A stretch of DNA of 64,000 nt from Felis catus (taxonomy: Eukaryota): assembly GCF_018350175.1 (NCBI RefSeq), contig NC_058368.1:7192001-7256000 (forward strand), written 5' to 3'. Positions 23,650 through 36,690 of this stretch are shown here, one piece after another (the stretch's first letter is position 1; each line of letters opens with the position of its first letter). Position numbers and translations under genes: made by a program. Under the pieces are notes generated by a model that made no database searches, had not been told where the DNA came from, and worked only from the letters and a program-made list of their open reading frames with translations.

Positions 23650-25062
23650 TTTAAAAAACAATAGCAGCCTTATTAACGTGTAATTCACATACCACTCATT
23701 TTCAAGTATGCAATTTTATGGTTCTTAGCATAATCACATTGTTGTGTAACCAGCACACATTATTTTTGGACCCCTCCCCTGAGAACCCTGTATTCATGAG
23801 CAATCACTTCCCTCTCCAGTTCTGAGCAACCACTAATCTATTTTGTGTCTCTATAGATTTGCCTGTTCTGGAAATTTCCTATAAATGCAACCACACGTGG
23901 TCTTTTGTGACTGGCTTCTTTCACTTAGCATAACGTTTTCAAGGTTCATCCATATAGTAGCTTGTGTCAATACTACATTCCTTTTTATGGCCAAATAACA
24001 TCCATTGCATGGACGTACCACATTCTGTTGATCCATCCATCAGCTGGTGTTCACTTGGGTGTTTCTACTTTTTGACCATTATGAAAAATCCTGCTATGAA
24101 CCTTTATGTACAAATTTCCGTGGGGGACGTATGTTTTCATCTCTCCAGGAATGGAACTGCTGGGTCAGGAGGTACCCCTGTTTTTAACTTTGAGGAGCTG
24201 CTAAACTGTTTTCCAAAACATTCCCACTGGCAACGTCTGAGAGTTTCAATTTCTCCACATCTTTGCCAATATTTGTTACTGTCTTTTATATTCTATTCAT
24301 CCTACTGGGTAGGGAGTGGTTTTGATGTGCATTTTCCTAACGTCAACTGACATGGAGTATCCTTTCATGGGATTTTTGGCTATTTGTGTATCTTCTTTGG
24401 AGAAATGTCTATTCAGATCCTTTGCTCATTTAAAAACGGGGTTATGTGTCTTTTTTATTATTGAATTGTAAGAGTTCTTTATGTCCTCCAGATAGGAGTC
24501 TGTGGTCACATACATGATTTGCAAATATATTCTTCCATCCTGTGCATTTCACCTTCACTATCTTTTTGCTTTCTTGGTGGCGTCCTTGGCAGCATAAAAA
24601 ATTGTAATTTTGATGAAATCCAGTTATCTAGTTTTTGGGGGGATTTAAAAAAATTTTTTTATGTTTATTTTTGAGAGACAGAGAGATAGACTGTGAGTGG
24701 GGGAGGGCCAGAGAGAGAGGGAGACACAGAATCCGAAGCAGGCTCCAGGCTCTGAACTGTTAGCACAGAGCCTGACACGGGGCTTGAATTCACGAACCAC
24801 GAGGTCATGACCTGAGCCGAAGTTGGATGTTTAACCGATTGAGCCACCGGGCGCCCCCCAGTTTATCTATTTTTATTATGTTGCTTGTGTTTTGGTGTCC
24901 TATCTGAGAAAACCACTGACTAATCCACTACTTAATCCAAGGTCATGAAGATTCATGCTTGTGTTTTCTTCTAAAAAGTCATAGTTCTTACTTTTAGGTT
25001 TTGGATCCACTATAAGTTAATTTTCATGTATGGTGTGAGGTAGGGATCCAAGTTCATTCTTG
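23650..25062 (-). mobile_element. Old L1 (L1M) ORF2 3' end/3'UTR with nested Can-SINE (24648-24858)
   Basis: L1-like peptide remnants (YLAIKRNVVLTQATIWMNLENVMLSERSQSQK) and typical L1 nucleotide tracts such as tctttggagaaatgtctattcagatcc. Confidence 0.88.
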
Positions 25063-25166
25063 GAAAAATAGCTATTAAGACTCACTTTCCCAAATGAACA
25101 AACCAAGTGTATGAAGAATGCTATTTTTACCACCACCATCCCTACCTCTATAAATTATATGGTATT

Positions 25167-25385
25167 GGGGCGCCTGGGTGGCGCAGTCGGTTAAGCGTCC
25201 GACTTCAGCCAGGTCACGATCTCACGGTCCGTGAGTTCAAGCCACGCGTCGGGCTCTGTGCTGACAGCTCGGAGCCTGGAGCCTGTTTCCGATTCTGTGT
25301 CTCCCTCTCTCTCTGCCCCTCCCCTGTTCATGCTCTGTCTCTCTCTGTCCCAAAAATAAATTAAAAAAAACGTTGAAAAAAAAAA
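25167..25385 (+). mobile_element. Young Can-SINE (SINEC_Fc) with TSD
   Basis: TSD ataaattatatggta, CpG-rich body. Confidence 0.95.
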
Positions 25386-25864
25386 TAAATTATATGGTAC
25401 TGATGGAAGGTGGGGTACGGAGTGTGAAATTATAAATGAATTAATCCCTAAAACTATGCCTTTTTATTAAGAATGTCTTCCACTTCACTTCTTCTGTGAG
25501 ACCCCTCCCACATGGGTACTTTACTACGTAAGCAATATTTGTTATTTTAGTGAGACAGTCCTTCAGAGGATCCAATCTGCCATCATGTGAGAAGTGTTCA
25601 ATCTTTCAGAGGGTCTTTTCCAACATAAAATAATCCAACCGAGTAACTGTTGGAAAATAATGGAAACATCAAACTTCAGCAATTTTCCTTCACATTAGGC
25701 ATTTTCTAACCTTATAATAAGAAAGGCTTTATATGGAAGGGACATTTTAAAGGACTCAAAGAAGTCATGTTTAATGGAAAATATCGTAAATATGTGTTAT
25801 TTTTTAAAACATGCGTTGAGTTCAGGGAGAAGATGTAGTGTAACTGTTCAAGACCCTCTCTCAC

Positions 25865-26042
25865 CTCTCTTGATTCGGCCATCACGTGCAAGGCAGCCAT
25901 GAGGTGGCACACTGGTCACAAAGATGGGCAGTTCGCCACTCTTACTTCCTCTGCCTCCAGCTACTGTCATCCCAAGGGACTCGTGGGGTTCCTTCTTTAC
26001 AGTGATGTGTTTTTCTTGGCATGTAACACACTGGGCAAGATC
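25865..26042 (-). CDS. LNX2: LNX2 exon 7: PDZ3 N-terminal part
   Basis: [59 protein letters not shown]. Acceptor gttttag|, donor GAG|GTGAGA. 178 nt. Confidence 0.95.
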
Positions 26043-26819
26043 CTAAAACACGAGAGAAAAATTTACTGGATAATAAAATAATATATAGCTGAAGAAAAGA
26101 CAGCGTAAACTAAAGGAAAAAATACTGTGGCAATTATAAAGTCTTTTTTAAAATCACCTGCTATAGAAGGAACACACAGTTCTTCATGGTACAAACACTA
26201 CAGTGAACACTGGGGATCACAAGGTCAAACTTTGGACTGTTGTATTTTCATCCGACTATTTATGGGACAGAAAACACTCAGGACTGTGACATACGGAAGT
26301 CAAAGTAAAATAAACACATCATTTGTATAATGATCTTGGCCTCCAAGATATGATCAACTCCATAAAAGTAAATAATGCGTTGGAGTTTTAAGATTCTGAA
26401 GACAAGCCAATGAATTTTATTTCCATCTCTCTTGTATTCTTTGAAGGAAAAGTAGAGTAGTACAAAAGTAAAGTGTGGGCTTCATTAATTGCCAGAAATA
26501 AGCCACAGACCTATCTTCTGATTCTTACTCATAGGATTATGAAAATGCTCAGAGAGCAGGTGCAAATGGATGTTCAAAACCTTCATGAAAAGCTGAAAGG
26601 ATATGAACTAACTGAATTTTTTGAAAAAGTTAATAAAGAGAAATAAATTCCCAGCAAACTGTGTTCTCAGGAAAAAGCAATTTTTACTGACATTTATTAC
26701 TGCTACTTATGATTGAGTCACTCCTAGAAGAAAGGGAGAATTTAAAACATGACTTTTCTTTTGAATTAGAACTCAATCAAAAACAAGGTGTACGTATGCA
26801 ACATTAGTATTAAAATAGC

Positions 26820-27020
26820 AATAGTAACCAACACCTATTGAAGATTTACTGTGGGTAAAGCTAATGGCGTTACACGCATTATTTTATTTTAATCCTCACA
26901 ATGATCTTGAACATGAATACTATTGTTGGTATTTTACAGAGGAGGGAACAACCTTAGAGAGGTCAGGTAACTTGCCCCAAATTATACAGCTGTAAGTGGC
27001 CACACTGGGATTTGAACTGA
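26820..27020 (-). mobile_element. MIR relic
   Basis: ttaatcctcacaa...attttacagaggaggga...agaggtcaggtaacttgccc...ctgggatttgaac. Confidence 0.8.
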
Positions 27021-27324
27021 TGCAAGCACATGTATATTGATTATATGCACCCACACTACAAGGGTACTATACTCTCAAGTGTAATAATGGAAACTAATGT
27101 TTCAAAAGATTCCTAACACTTATCAACTATAGGAGAAATTGTAATAATAAGGTAAGTGTTAACATGACTAACAATATCAATGAGAGAATGGTATGAATTG
27201 TATTTATAGAACTGTAACGTTTCTGTAGAGCTGACAGGTACGTATTTGTTAATCAAGCCCTGGGTTCCGGGTCCATCTGTTCTTCTCTGGTCCTGGAATC
27301 CACTCTTGAAATTTCAAAAAAAAA

Positions 27325-27527
27325 ATTTTTTTAAATCTTTATTCACTGTTGAGAGAGACAGAGCATGAGCAGGGGAGGGGCAGAGAGGGAGGCACAGAAT
27401 CCGAAGCAGGCTCCAGGTTCTGAGCTGTCGGCACAGAGCCCGATGCGGGGCTCGAACCCACGAGTCGCGAGATCATGACCTGAGCCGAAGTTGGATGCTC
27501 AACCAACTGAGCCACCCAGGCGACCCT
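27325..27527 (-). mobile_element. Can-SINE
   Basis: Reverse SINE, TSD cttgaaattt. Confidence 0.92.
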
Positions 27528-29383
27528 TGAAATTTTATTAAGGGAACTACTTGAAGTAACAGCCGAGCGTTCCTAGAAAATTTTGACCTTGTGGGAAACC
27601 TGTAAATGCCTCATGGCAGTATCCTACCATATGAAATCTATGTCAGCATCTTCAAAACTGGGCAAGAGCCAGTTTATTAGGAAGACAACCCAGATAAAGT
27701 CAGCCTTGAGTATATTTATGTGAGAAGTTCCGGCTGTCAGATATTTAATCAATTAAAGGTGGTTGTTTTATTCCTCTTTGTGGCTGAGATGCATGCATTT
27801 TAGGCAAACTTCCCAGATCATATTGGTATGCTTCATGAAACTTCGAAGGGCTTGGCACCACATGAATGTTTATGCAAGCAGCTATGTAGACTAGTGTGCA
27901 CTTTAATTTTTCACAATTATTCTCTGCACAGGTTGTTCTGGTGAATTTCCGTTTGTGTCCCTAGGACACCTTTATTTTTCTAAATCAGGATTTGACATCA
28001 CAAATGCTGTGCATTAGTAGTAAATTGTTAAACTAATGCTTAAAAGTATATTTCATGTGGTTGTTCCCACCAATCAGGTTTGTAGAGGACCTAGAATAAG
28101 AATTAATTCAGCATTACTATGAAAAACACAGCCACATAAAATTAAAGAATAAGAATTAGTAGAGTTAAGAGGAAAAAAATATATATATATATATAATTTA
28201 TAAAGCAAGGATCGGCTATATGAACACTTCCTTTTCAAATTCCTATTTGAAACAGTAACTCCTTTTCATAGCCATCATTGTGAGAGCAAAGCTATAGGTT
28301 TCCTGCACACATTTCATTTTCTGTTCAGAAATGAGAACAAGTCTGTGGTTATAATTTCTTATAGGTATTAGCTGAACCAAAGACCAGGGACAAGTCTGTA
28401 CTTCAGCTCAGAGAACCAGATAAACCTGATGGGCCAAAAATACTCGTGCCTTTAAGCGATGCTTTCTTGGGGCACCTGTGACATTCCAGAGGTACTCTCT
28501 CAAGTTGTACTTACATTAAGAAGCCACTTTAAGCTAACTCTGAGCTTCCAAGGTCACTCGCCTTAAGTAAAATCAAACTGCTTCACTAAATAAAAACTTA
28601 TTTATTGGTCTGCTTAAAAACTATAGGAAGTTTCCTATATGCTAATTCGCACAGTTGCAAAACATCATTGTTTTAAAAATCCTGGCCTACTGGAAGTTGG
28701 GTTCAAATGAAAGATCAAACGAGGTAAATAAAACTGAGAATGCGGTAAAGTACCACTGTTTTATGCGTACAACTAAGGTGGGACAGTCTCCAAATTCTTC
28801 AGCACAGATAAATGACCTAGGAGTATTATAAATCCAGTGAAATATTAAAGAAGCAGCAAAAAGCTCAACATATGGGGATTTAAAATGATTTAGGGAAGTA
28901 TTCCTGTAAGCTGTAACATAAAAAATGTACTATGCACGTGGCTATCAGAATGTACGATTTACGTTTACTATTCACAGACCCAATTCTGTTGTAGACAACC
29001 TGCCCAATGGCTAAGTATAGACTTGTCAATCATTGTCTTCATTATGCTTTTTCAATCACATAACCGACTGTTACATTTAAATGAGCAAACCAAGACGAAT
29101 CCCACTTTCAAGCAGGACCAAACAAATACAGGTTTTTCTAGAAGATCAAACACTTTTCATCAGTCACCTGGCAGAAGGACCTTCTTACTAAGAAACCATC
29201 CCTACTGGCTGAGGAACTGAGACTACAGAGTGACTCTCAAGGTAGCCAAACACACACTTCACATCCCAAACATCTGTATTCGCCGTTCCCAACAGAATAA
29301 CAGCCCTCATTTAGAGCTTACCAGATGGCAACCATGATCCTCTGAGGGGAGGTGAATGAAAACACACAAACACAACGCCTCAC

Positions 29384-29524
29384 CTTATGTGAGCTGGGTC
29401 TGTTGTGGTACAGCGGCTGTGCATGATGCTGGCTGCTACTCTGAGCTCCTGCGTCTCGGACAGGATTACCAGGCTGGGATTTCCCTGGTCTAGCAATTGT
29501 TAAATCCACCCTCTCTCCACTAGC
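29384..29524 (-). CDS. LNX2: LNX2 exon 6: end of PDZ2 and linker
   Basis: [19 protein letters not shown]...RPSSHK. Acceptor ttttctccag|, donor AAG|GTGAGG. 141 nt. Confidence 0.95.
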
Positions 29525-32500
29525 CTGGAGAAAACACACATACACAACCACCAGTCATTAATGATGCTTCTCATTTAAAAAATTGAAGGCAGTGTAATTT
29601 TCAATACACTCATCATCACTGTGCCGGAGCCTCGCCTGAGTGGTGACGGCAGGCACCTGCTGGTGGGGAGGAAGGGAATTCATCTCAGGAACCAGTATTT
29701 TAAGCCTTCTGCAGTTAGAACACCCACATGCAGACCTCTTGGGCAGGCCCTCCCCGACCCTGGAAATACCAAGGAAATAAGCAAGGCAAAGCAGTCAAGC
29801 TGCCCATGTTCTGATGTCCCCATGATTTCTTGAAGGATAACCCCTTCAAGATTGGCCTTGGCATTGAGAGGGAGAGCGCAAAGGAAAGAAAAGAAAAGAA
29901 AAGGAAGAGGTGATTCAAAACTGAATCAGAAGGCAGGTGACTTTTGAAATAAATTCCAGGGTGGCTACTTTGAGAGTAATAACCAATGGAACTATGCACA
30001 GCTTTGTCTCTGCTTGCTACAGATTTGAGTCAAAAATAGGACATCAGCTCAAACAGTTCTGAAAAGAGTAACAAAGGTCCTGTAAAACAAGATTAGTATT
30101 TACATACACTGTATACTGTATTATTCATAGTCTTTATAGTATTTATATACATCGTATACTGTGTCACACAGATATATGTCACACACATACACACACACAT
30201 ACATTTAAATGTTACATTCAATTACTTTAGAGGTTCATGACTATCACCTTGAATTTAGAGGTCCATTATTTATATTTATATATGTATATTTCAAACACAG
30301 ATTCACATCTATTATATTTGTTAAAGCTATTTTTATCTTTGCTTTTAAATGTACAGGCCTGAGCTATGCGATGCTGATTCCTGGTCATGACCACAAGTTC
30401 CCAAGTTCACTATTATTCCCATGGGGAAATCTGACAGCCTGCTTTCAAGGGGCTGTGGTGGAAAGCAGGGCCCTCCCCCATCATTATAGTCAGCAATGTT
30501 AACAAGTCACTCCATTTCCAGTTATTAAACTGGGAAAATGAGTGATAACCAATTTTAAGGCCCTACTACAAATCATTTGCTTATTCAAGCATCTCAGTAA
30601 ACTAAATAGTTTCAGAGGAGTTCTTCAAAAGAACCGAAAGAACAACACTTCACAGGGGGCCAGAGTCTGGGGGCTTGACCTAAAGGATAAATGCCAAAGT
30701 AGAATGTTTAGAATCCTGATATTTAAGATTCTGACACTTCAGGTGTGATGAGTGGAAAGCCCCTATGTGATTTCATTTCAACGTACAGAATTGTTTTCTT
30801 TACTGTGTAACACTTGCAACCACCGAACACAATCGGTATTTCACCTTTACTGGAAAATGCAAACCCACTAACAGAAACAAATCCTTGATCTTTCTTGATT
30901 GCTTGAAAGACAAAATTCTGGGCTTGTGATGCAAGTGGACATACAGGCTTTAAACGATGGACCAACATTTAGGTTTAGGCTACTTTTAAATAGACTGCAC
31001 ACCTAATACCTCAGGGTTTCAAACACAGCAAAAGAATTCTGTTAAAGCCAAGATTTTTAAAAATGCAGGACCTCAAAATGACAATACCTATAATTCACAA
31101 ATAAGTGGCATGCCTTGTGGCTAGGAGTATGTATTGCGGAAGTTTAGCAAAATCTCTTAAACTTGAAAACAAAAAAAGTCAAAGTCTTTCAATGGGAATG
31201 ATTAAATACGTTTTAGTACGACATGCCTACTACACAGCTATGTGATGATGAGTCTATTTTCAGGGTAAGAAGTCTACAACCTACTGTGGACATCAAGGGT
31301 GGCAAACTCAGAATTTGCAAGATGAGCACATAGGTTAAGTATCTATGTAAAATGTCCCTATTGATCCGTGGGCGCACACATAAAAATGTTTGGAATGATC
31401 TTCTCTAAAATATTAATGTTGCTATCTTGGGGTCTTCGGATTGAATGTGATTTTAACTTCCTTCTTTATTTTCTGTATTTTGTCTTCATTAGTCTCCTTT
31501 TTAGACATGGAACACATGCTATTTTCATAATCGAAAACAGTAAGATTTGTCAGTTTTTTCATAAAGAAACAACTTGAGCAACTTCAGTTTTCTACGGTTT
31601 GAGGAGAATTATGGCGCAAAATACGACACAAAACTATCTATGTGGATTATAAAACTCCAAATATCGTATGTTACCAGGAAAAATTTCAAATGTATTTTCT
31701 ACCCGTGCACCTATTTTTCTCACATTTTGGTTAGAAATTTCGTGAGGCCCACCTACTTAGGCATTAGGATATTTGCCTAAATATACAGTCGACCCAGCCC
31801 CTTCCATCTTATGGACCTGACGTCTCACTTCATAAAAGCCCACGCGATTCTCCTGTTTCCTTTGACAAGCCCCATGAGTGTGTGAACCTTCTTCTTCTTC
31901 TCCCCTCTCCCTGCCAGCAGTCCCTCCCCTGCCCCCCCAGACAACTCGTGCTCACCGGTGCACCAGCTGGATGGCACCCACAGGGGAAGGTACCACTGCT
32001 GCCTCTGATTGGATGACATTTTAAGACATCCAATTTTTTTTAAACTTCAAGTCTGTGATGGAAGACCCATTCCCAAATCTCCCTCCTACTGCAGTATTTT
32101 GGTTCCTGTATGTGTGTGTGTTCTTGACGTGACACTGAACCAAACATTTGTGAAAAGGAGTAAATTATATGGGATTGAAACTTGGGTGTTCTTACCCAGG
32201 AGCTTAAATTGTCATTGTTACTTGCTTCTGTGTACTGTACGCATTTCTCAGTGACTATCAACCCGCTTTAATTCCTGATGCCCGATCATATTAATGCTTG
32301 GCTTCCTGTATGTAAGAGGGTTTTCTGGTGCTCACTTAAAAAAAATAAACAACAACAACACATTTTTGTGTCACCCTTATCACTGCAGGGGAGACCCACA
32401 TCGTCAGATGCTATGGCAGCTTGTAGAACCGGAAGATCTGCTCTGGATGACTTTCTACTTTATATGTCTTAATGCTCTTATTGAAAATGTGTTTTTTCTC

Positions 32501-32614
32501 TAATAATAACGATCTTTACTTACTTCACAGAGATACTGTGAGAACACAAGTGATGATGTGTTTGAAATGCTTTGAATTCCTTTAAAAAAGGGGCACTATA
32601 GAGATGAGTTATTC

Positions 32615-32824
32615 TTTTTTTTTTTTAATGTTTATTTATTTTTGAGGCGGGGGGGGGAGGGAGGTGAGGAGGGGCTGAGAGAGAGGGGGACACAGAATGG
32701 GAAGCAGGCTCCAGGCTCCGAGCTGTCAGCACAGAGCCCGACGTGGGGCTCAAACCCACGAACCCTGAGATTACGACCTGAGCCAAAATCGGATGCTTAA
32801 CTGACTGAGCCGCCCCGACGCCCC
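32615..32824 (-). mobile_element. Can-SINE
   Basis: Reverse SINE, TSD-like gagtta(t/c)tctt. Confidence 0.9.
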
Positions 32825-33275
32825 TGGATTAGAGTTACTCTTAATAAAAAAAGTATTTTCCCCCCATTTGTATGGAGCCTGAAGCACAGAGGGGGAGTGA
32901 GGAGAGCGTGTAAGTCACACTTGGAATCACGGCTCCTTCCAGCTTTACTTTTCTCACCTGTTAAATGTGGACACCTTCATCTGTTGTCTGGGACTGGGGG
33001 GAGCCCAGGGAGCAAATGAGAAACCCATGTGAAACTGTAGAGCCTTCACTCTATAAAGAGCCAGGCTACATGTTCGCAGGGATACAGTTTTCTAGAAAGG
33101 ACTCTATCGGTAAGGAAGTTAATCTAGTGTGCGTTTTACAGTTTGAAGGATTTAGGGAGCCGTGCTTGATTTCCCCACGCAGCATTAAATATCCCCTGGA
33201 TTCTCATGCTATGAAAACAAACACTGACATAAGGTAATCAGGGCCCAACAACCGGGATGACCGTCCGGCGTGTAC

Positions 33276-33644
33276 CTGAATGATCTGGGCGGCAAGCTCG
33301 GGGGTCCCGTGCTTCAGGTCATGTCCGTTGATGGCAAGCACTCGGTCGCTGCTGCTCAGCCTTCCGTCCTGCGCGGCCAGCCCCCCCTCCAACAGGTCAA
33401 GAATAAACACGCCTGGCTCATCCGTCCTTCGTACGAGTTTAATGCCGAGCTGCTCACCAGAGTCCCGTTTGTGAAGGACCACGGGGAAGACCTCTTCCCG
33501 CGGAGAGCTACCGTCAGAGTGGCTGTGTGTTCGGTTCCCGAAGCGCCTCTCTCGCAGCACGGTGAGTTGCAGGGTGCTGCAGGGCTGGGAGAGGACGGCT
33601 CTGGCATAGTTGTGGGATACATTGCTGATGTTACAGTTGTTGAC
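33276..33644 (-). CDS. LNX2: LNX2 exon 5: PDZ1 C-terminal part and most of PDZ2
   Basis: [22 protein letters not shown]...[33 protein letters not shown]...AAQIIQ. Acceptor ttcttccag|, donor CAG|GTACAC. 369 nt, phase 0-0. Confidence 0.96.
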
Positions 33645-33800
33645 CTGGAAGAAAGAATTGGGACCAAAGCGTGACGATCTTTTCTCAACTTGTAGGAATG
33701 TTCACATACTGCTTCCCAAAGAAACTAACATTGTGAAAATGATATACAGTCACTGTTCACAAAGAAAGGCACCCCCAAAATGTTTTAAAATACAGTTCCT

Positions 33801-33970
33801 GGGGCGTGTGGGTGGCTCAGTCAGGTAAGCGTCCGACTCTTGATTGGCTCAGGTCACGATCTCACGGTGTGTGAGTTCCAGCCCCTCGTCGGGCTCTGTG
33901 CTGATAGCCTGGAGCCTGCTTGGGATTCTCTGTCTCCCCCTCTCTCAAAAATACATAAACATTAAAAAAA
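33801..33970 (+). mobile_element. Can-SINE
   Basis: ggggcgtgtgggtggctcagtc head about 155 bp from the exon 5 acceptor. Confidence 0.88.
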
Positions 33971-34390
33971 TATACATGGTTCCTAAACTTAACTTACAAT
34001 GACTAGCACCAAGTAGAGAAGAGTAGTTGGGAACACGGGCTTCAATGACAGTCTTGAATTAGAGTCCTTGGTCCTGTCATGTACAAGCCGAATGTCACCA
34101 GGCAAATTACAGAACTTCTGTGAGTGTGTTTCCTCTCCAGTGAGATGTGCTCACTATCTCCTTCACACTTCAGAGATCAGGAGGGCAATGTGCAGACAGC
34201 AGCAGCATAAGGCAAGTGCTAATGAAATAATACTAGCTCTAATGGGACAGAAATTGAAGTTTTACTGGATTGAATTTGCTTTTCCAAATGAAACACACGT
34301 AAGCTACAAAAACGAAACCGAGCGTTATTTTAAGGAAAGTGACACATTCCAGGGTCACAATCCTATTCCAGATCAGTGATTTCTATCTTG

Positions 34391-34844
34391 TTTTATTTTT
34401 TTAAAAGCTTTTTATTTATTTTTGAGAGAGAAAGAGCATTAGTGTGGGAGGGCAGAGAGAGAGGGAGACACAGAACTGGAAGCAGGCTCCAGGCTCTGAG
34501 CCGTCAGCACAGAGCCCGACGCGGGGCTCAAACTCACAAACCGCGAGACCATGACCTGAGCCAAAGTCGGAAGCTCAACTGACTGAACCACCCAGGCGCC
34601 CCCCTCCTCTTTTAAAAAAATTTTTTTTCCTAATGTTTATTTAGAGACAGAGAGAGACAGAGCATGAGCAGGGGAGGGGCAGAGAGGGAGGGGCAGAGGG
34701 AGAGGGAGACACGGAATCCGAAGCAGGCTCCAGGCTCCGAGCTGTCAGCACAGAGCCCGACGCAGGGCTCGAACTCACAAGCTGTGAGATCATGACCTGA
34801 GCTGGAGTTGGGAGGCTCAACCGACTGAGCCACCCAGGGGCCCC
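34391..34844 (-). mobile_element. Two tandem Can-SINEs
   Basis: Reverse bodies ~34391-34602 and ~34610-34844, bracketed by cagtgatttct. Confidence 0.9.
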
Positions 34845-35336
34845 AGTGATTTCTCTTTTAAAGAAGAGCAGGTCAATTATAGTTTCACTCTAAGTCTTTA
34901 GCTTAGCCCGCAAGTGTAACATCTAATACAACAAGCATAACTCAGTACTCACAGAACATTTATTAAACTTTAATCTTGAAATGAGGATAGTGAATCACTG
35001 GACATGTAGCCTTACAGAGAAAATATACTCAGCTTCAATTATTCACCAGAATATTGTCAGAAGAAGGGGTTGGCACCATTCTTGACACTTATCACAGTCA
35101 GAATTCCTCTCTTCATCTGTCTGAAACAACCACGAGGGGGAAATCAACACCTATGAGCCTTGGTCATGTGGCAGGCTCCGCGTTAGGTGTTTGTGATCAC
35201 CCAAACCCTTCAATCTTTTCCACGTGAATCTATGTCACAAAAGGCCCTCCCCCCTCCTATCCACCTAGGGTTTACAGTTTTGAGCACTAGTAACTTGAAT
35301 TTTGTTGATTTGGGCCTACTGATACCTTTAAAAAAA

Positions 35337-35545
35337 TTTTTTTTCAACGTTTATTTATTTTTGGGACAGAGAGAGACAGAACATGAACGGGGGAGGGCCA
35401 GAGAGAGAGGGAGACAGAATCAGAAACAGGCTCCAGGCTCTGAGCCATCAGCCCAGAGCCCGACGCGGGGCTCGAACCCATGGACCGCGAGATCGTGACC
35501 TGGCTGAAGTCGGAGGCTTAACCGACTGCGCCACCCAGGCGCCCC
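35337..35545 (-). mobile_element. Young Can-SINE (SINEC_Fc) with TSD
   Basis: TSD ctactgataccttt on both sides. Confidence 0.95.
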
Positions 35546-35995
35546 TACTGATACCTTTTAAAATGCAGGCATTAAAGATCGTACATGTCACACAGACTTG
35601 CTATTCTCCCAAGTTTGCAACATTTGTGCATTTGGTAGCCATGCAAAGCCTTGATTAAAAGGTTGAATAATAGAGGGTCAAGAACAGAACTTCAAGGCAG
35701 CTTCTAAAAAGCCAGCCTGAAGTGGATTTGCTAGTCAAATGTAGTTTGTAACAATGTGGTCAACACATGACTATAATCATTTTTCTTCAAAACCAGACGT
35801 GAATAAATTGCTGACAATTCAGATCATACTGAAAACACCTACTCTTAATAATGTTCTAAAATATATATTATTTTTAATAGTGATATTGATATCATTTATA
35901 ACAGTATTTTTTCTCCAAACTGCTCAAAATTCTGCACAGCAAATGGCCCTAAAGGTATATGGTTCTCCTTTTCAAAGAAGCCATTTAAGAGAATA

Positions 35996-36051
35996 ACGTG
36001 TGTGCGTGTGCGTGTGTGTGCGCGCGTGTGCGTGTGTGTGCGCGCGTGTGC
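35996..36051. repeat. Mixed (TG)/(CG) alternating purine-pyrimidine repeat
   Basis: acgtgtgtgcgtgtgcgtgtgtgtgcgcgcgtgtgcgtgtgtgtgcgcgcgtgtgc. Confidence 0.95.
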
Positions 36052-36413
36052 TGGAAAACCAAAGCCACACACTGTTACTGCATATGGTTTGCGGAACTAA
36101 AAGCGTAGGCCAGCTAGCTCTTTGGTCTGGAAACAGACCACTGTATCGATTCTAAGGTATTTTCAAATTGGCTCATACTGTACTATTTATGCAGCATGTA
36201 CAAAGTGTAAGACGACCAGGTAGTAAAAAAAATACCAAGTAGCCTTCTTTCCAAGTGTTCACTTTTGAACGATCATAAATACTTCTCCATATTTGGGCAG
36301 GGGGTGTGGTTTTACTCCGTGAGTCTGACAAGCCAGTTAAAGGCCAATGAGAAGTCAGGGCCCACAGCAGAAGAGACTCTTTGTGAATTCACTAATCAGG
36401 TTATTTGCTCATG

Positions 36414-36549
36414 CTTTTCTTTTCTTTTCTTTTCTTTTCTTTTCTTTTCTTTTCTTTTCTTTTCTTTTCTTTTCTTTTTTCTTTTTTCTCTTTTCTTTTC
36501 CTTCCTTCCTTCCTTCCTTCCTTCCTTCCTTCCTTCCTTCCTTCCTTCC

Positions 36550-36597
<48 letters not shown>

Positions 36598-36599
36598 TC
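36414..36599. repeat. Compound microsatellite (TTTTC)n(TTCC)n(TTTC)n
   Basis: Directly visible pyrimidine-only tract. Confidence 0.97.
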
Positions 36600-36690
36600 A
36601 ATATAATCTATTGTCAAATTGGCTAACATACAGCGCATACAGTGTGCTCTTGGTTTTGGGGGAAGATTCCCGTGCTTCATCGCTTACATA
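36600..36690 (-). mobile_element. Very short carnivore/felid L1 3' terminus
   Basis: Minus strand tatgtaagcgatgaagcacgggaatc...ccaaaaccaagagcacactgtatg...gttagccaatttgacaatagattatatt matches the carnivore L1 3' end as recalled. Confidence 0.75.

Noticed and set aside
28622..28639. Palindrome tataggaa-gt-ttcctata
   Set aside because: An isolated 8-bp stem is expected by chance in 64 kb.
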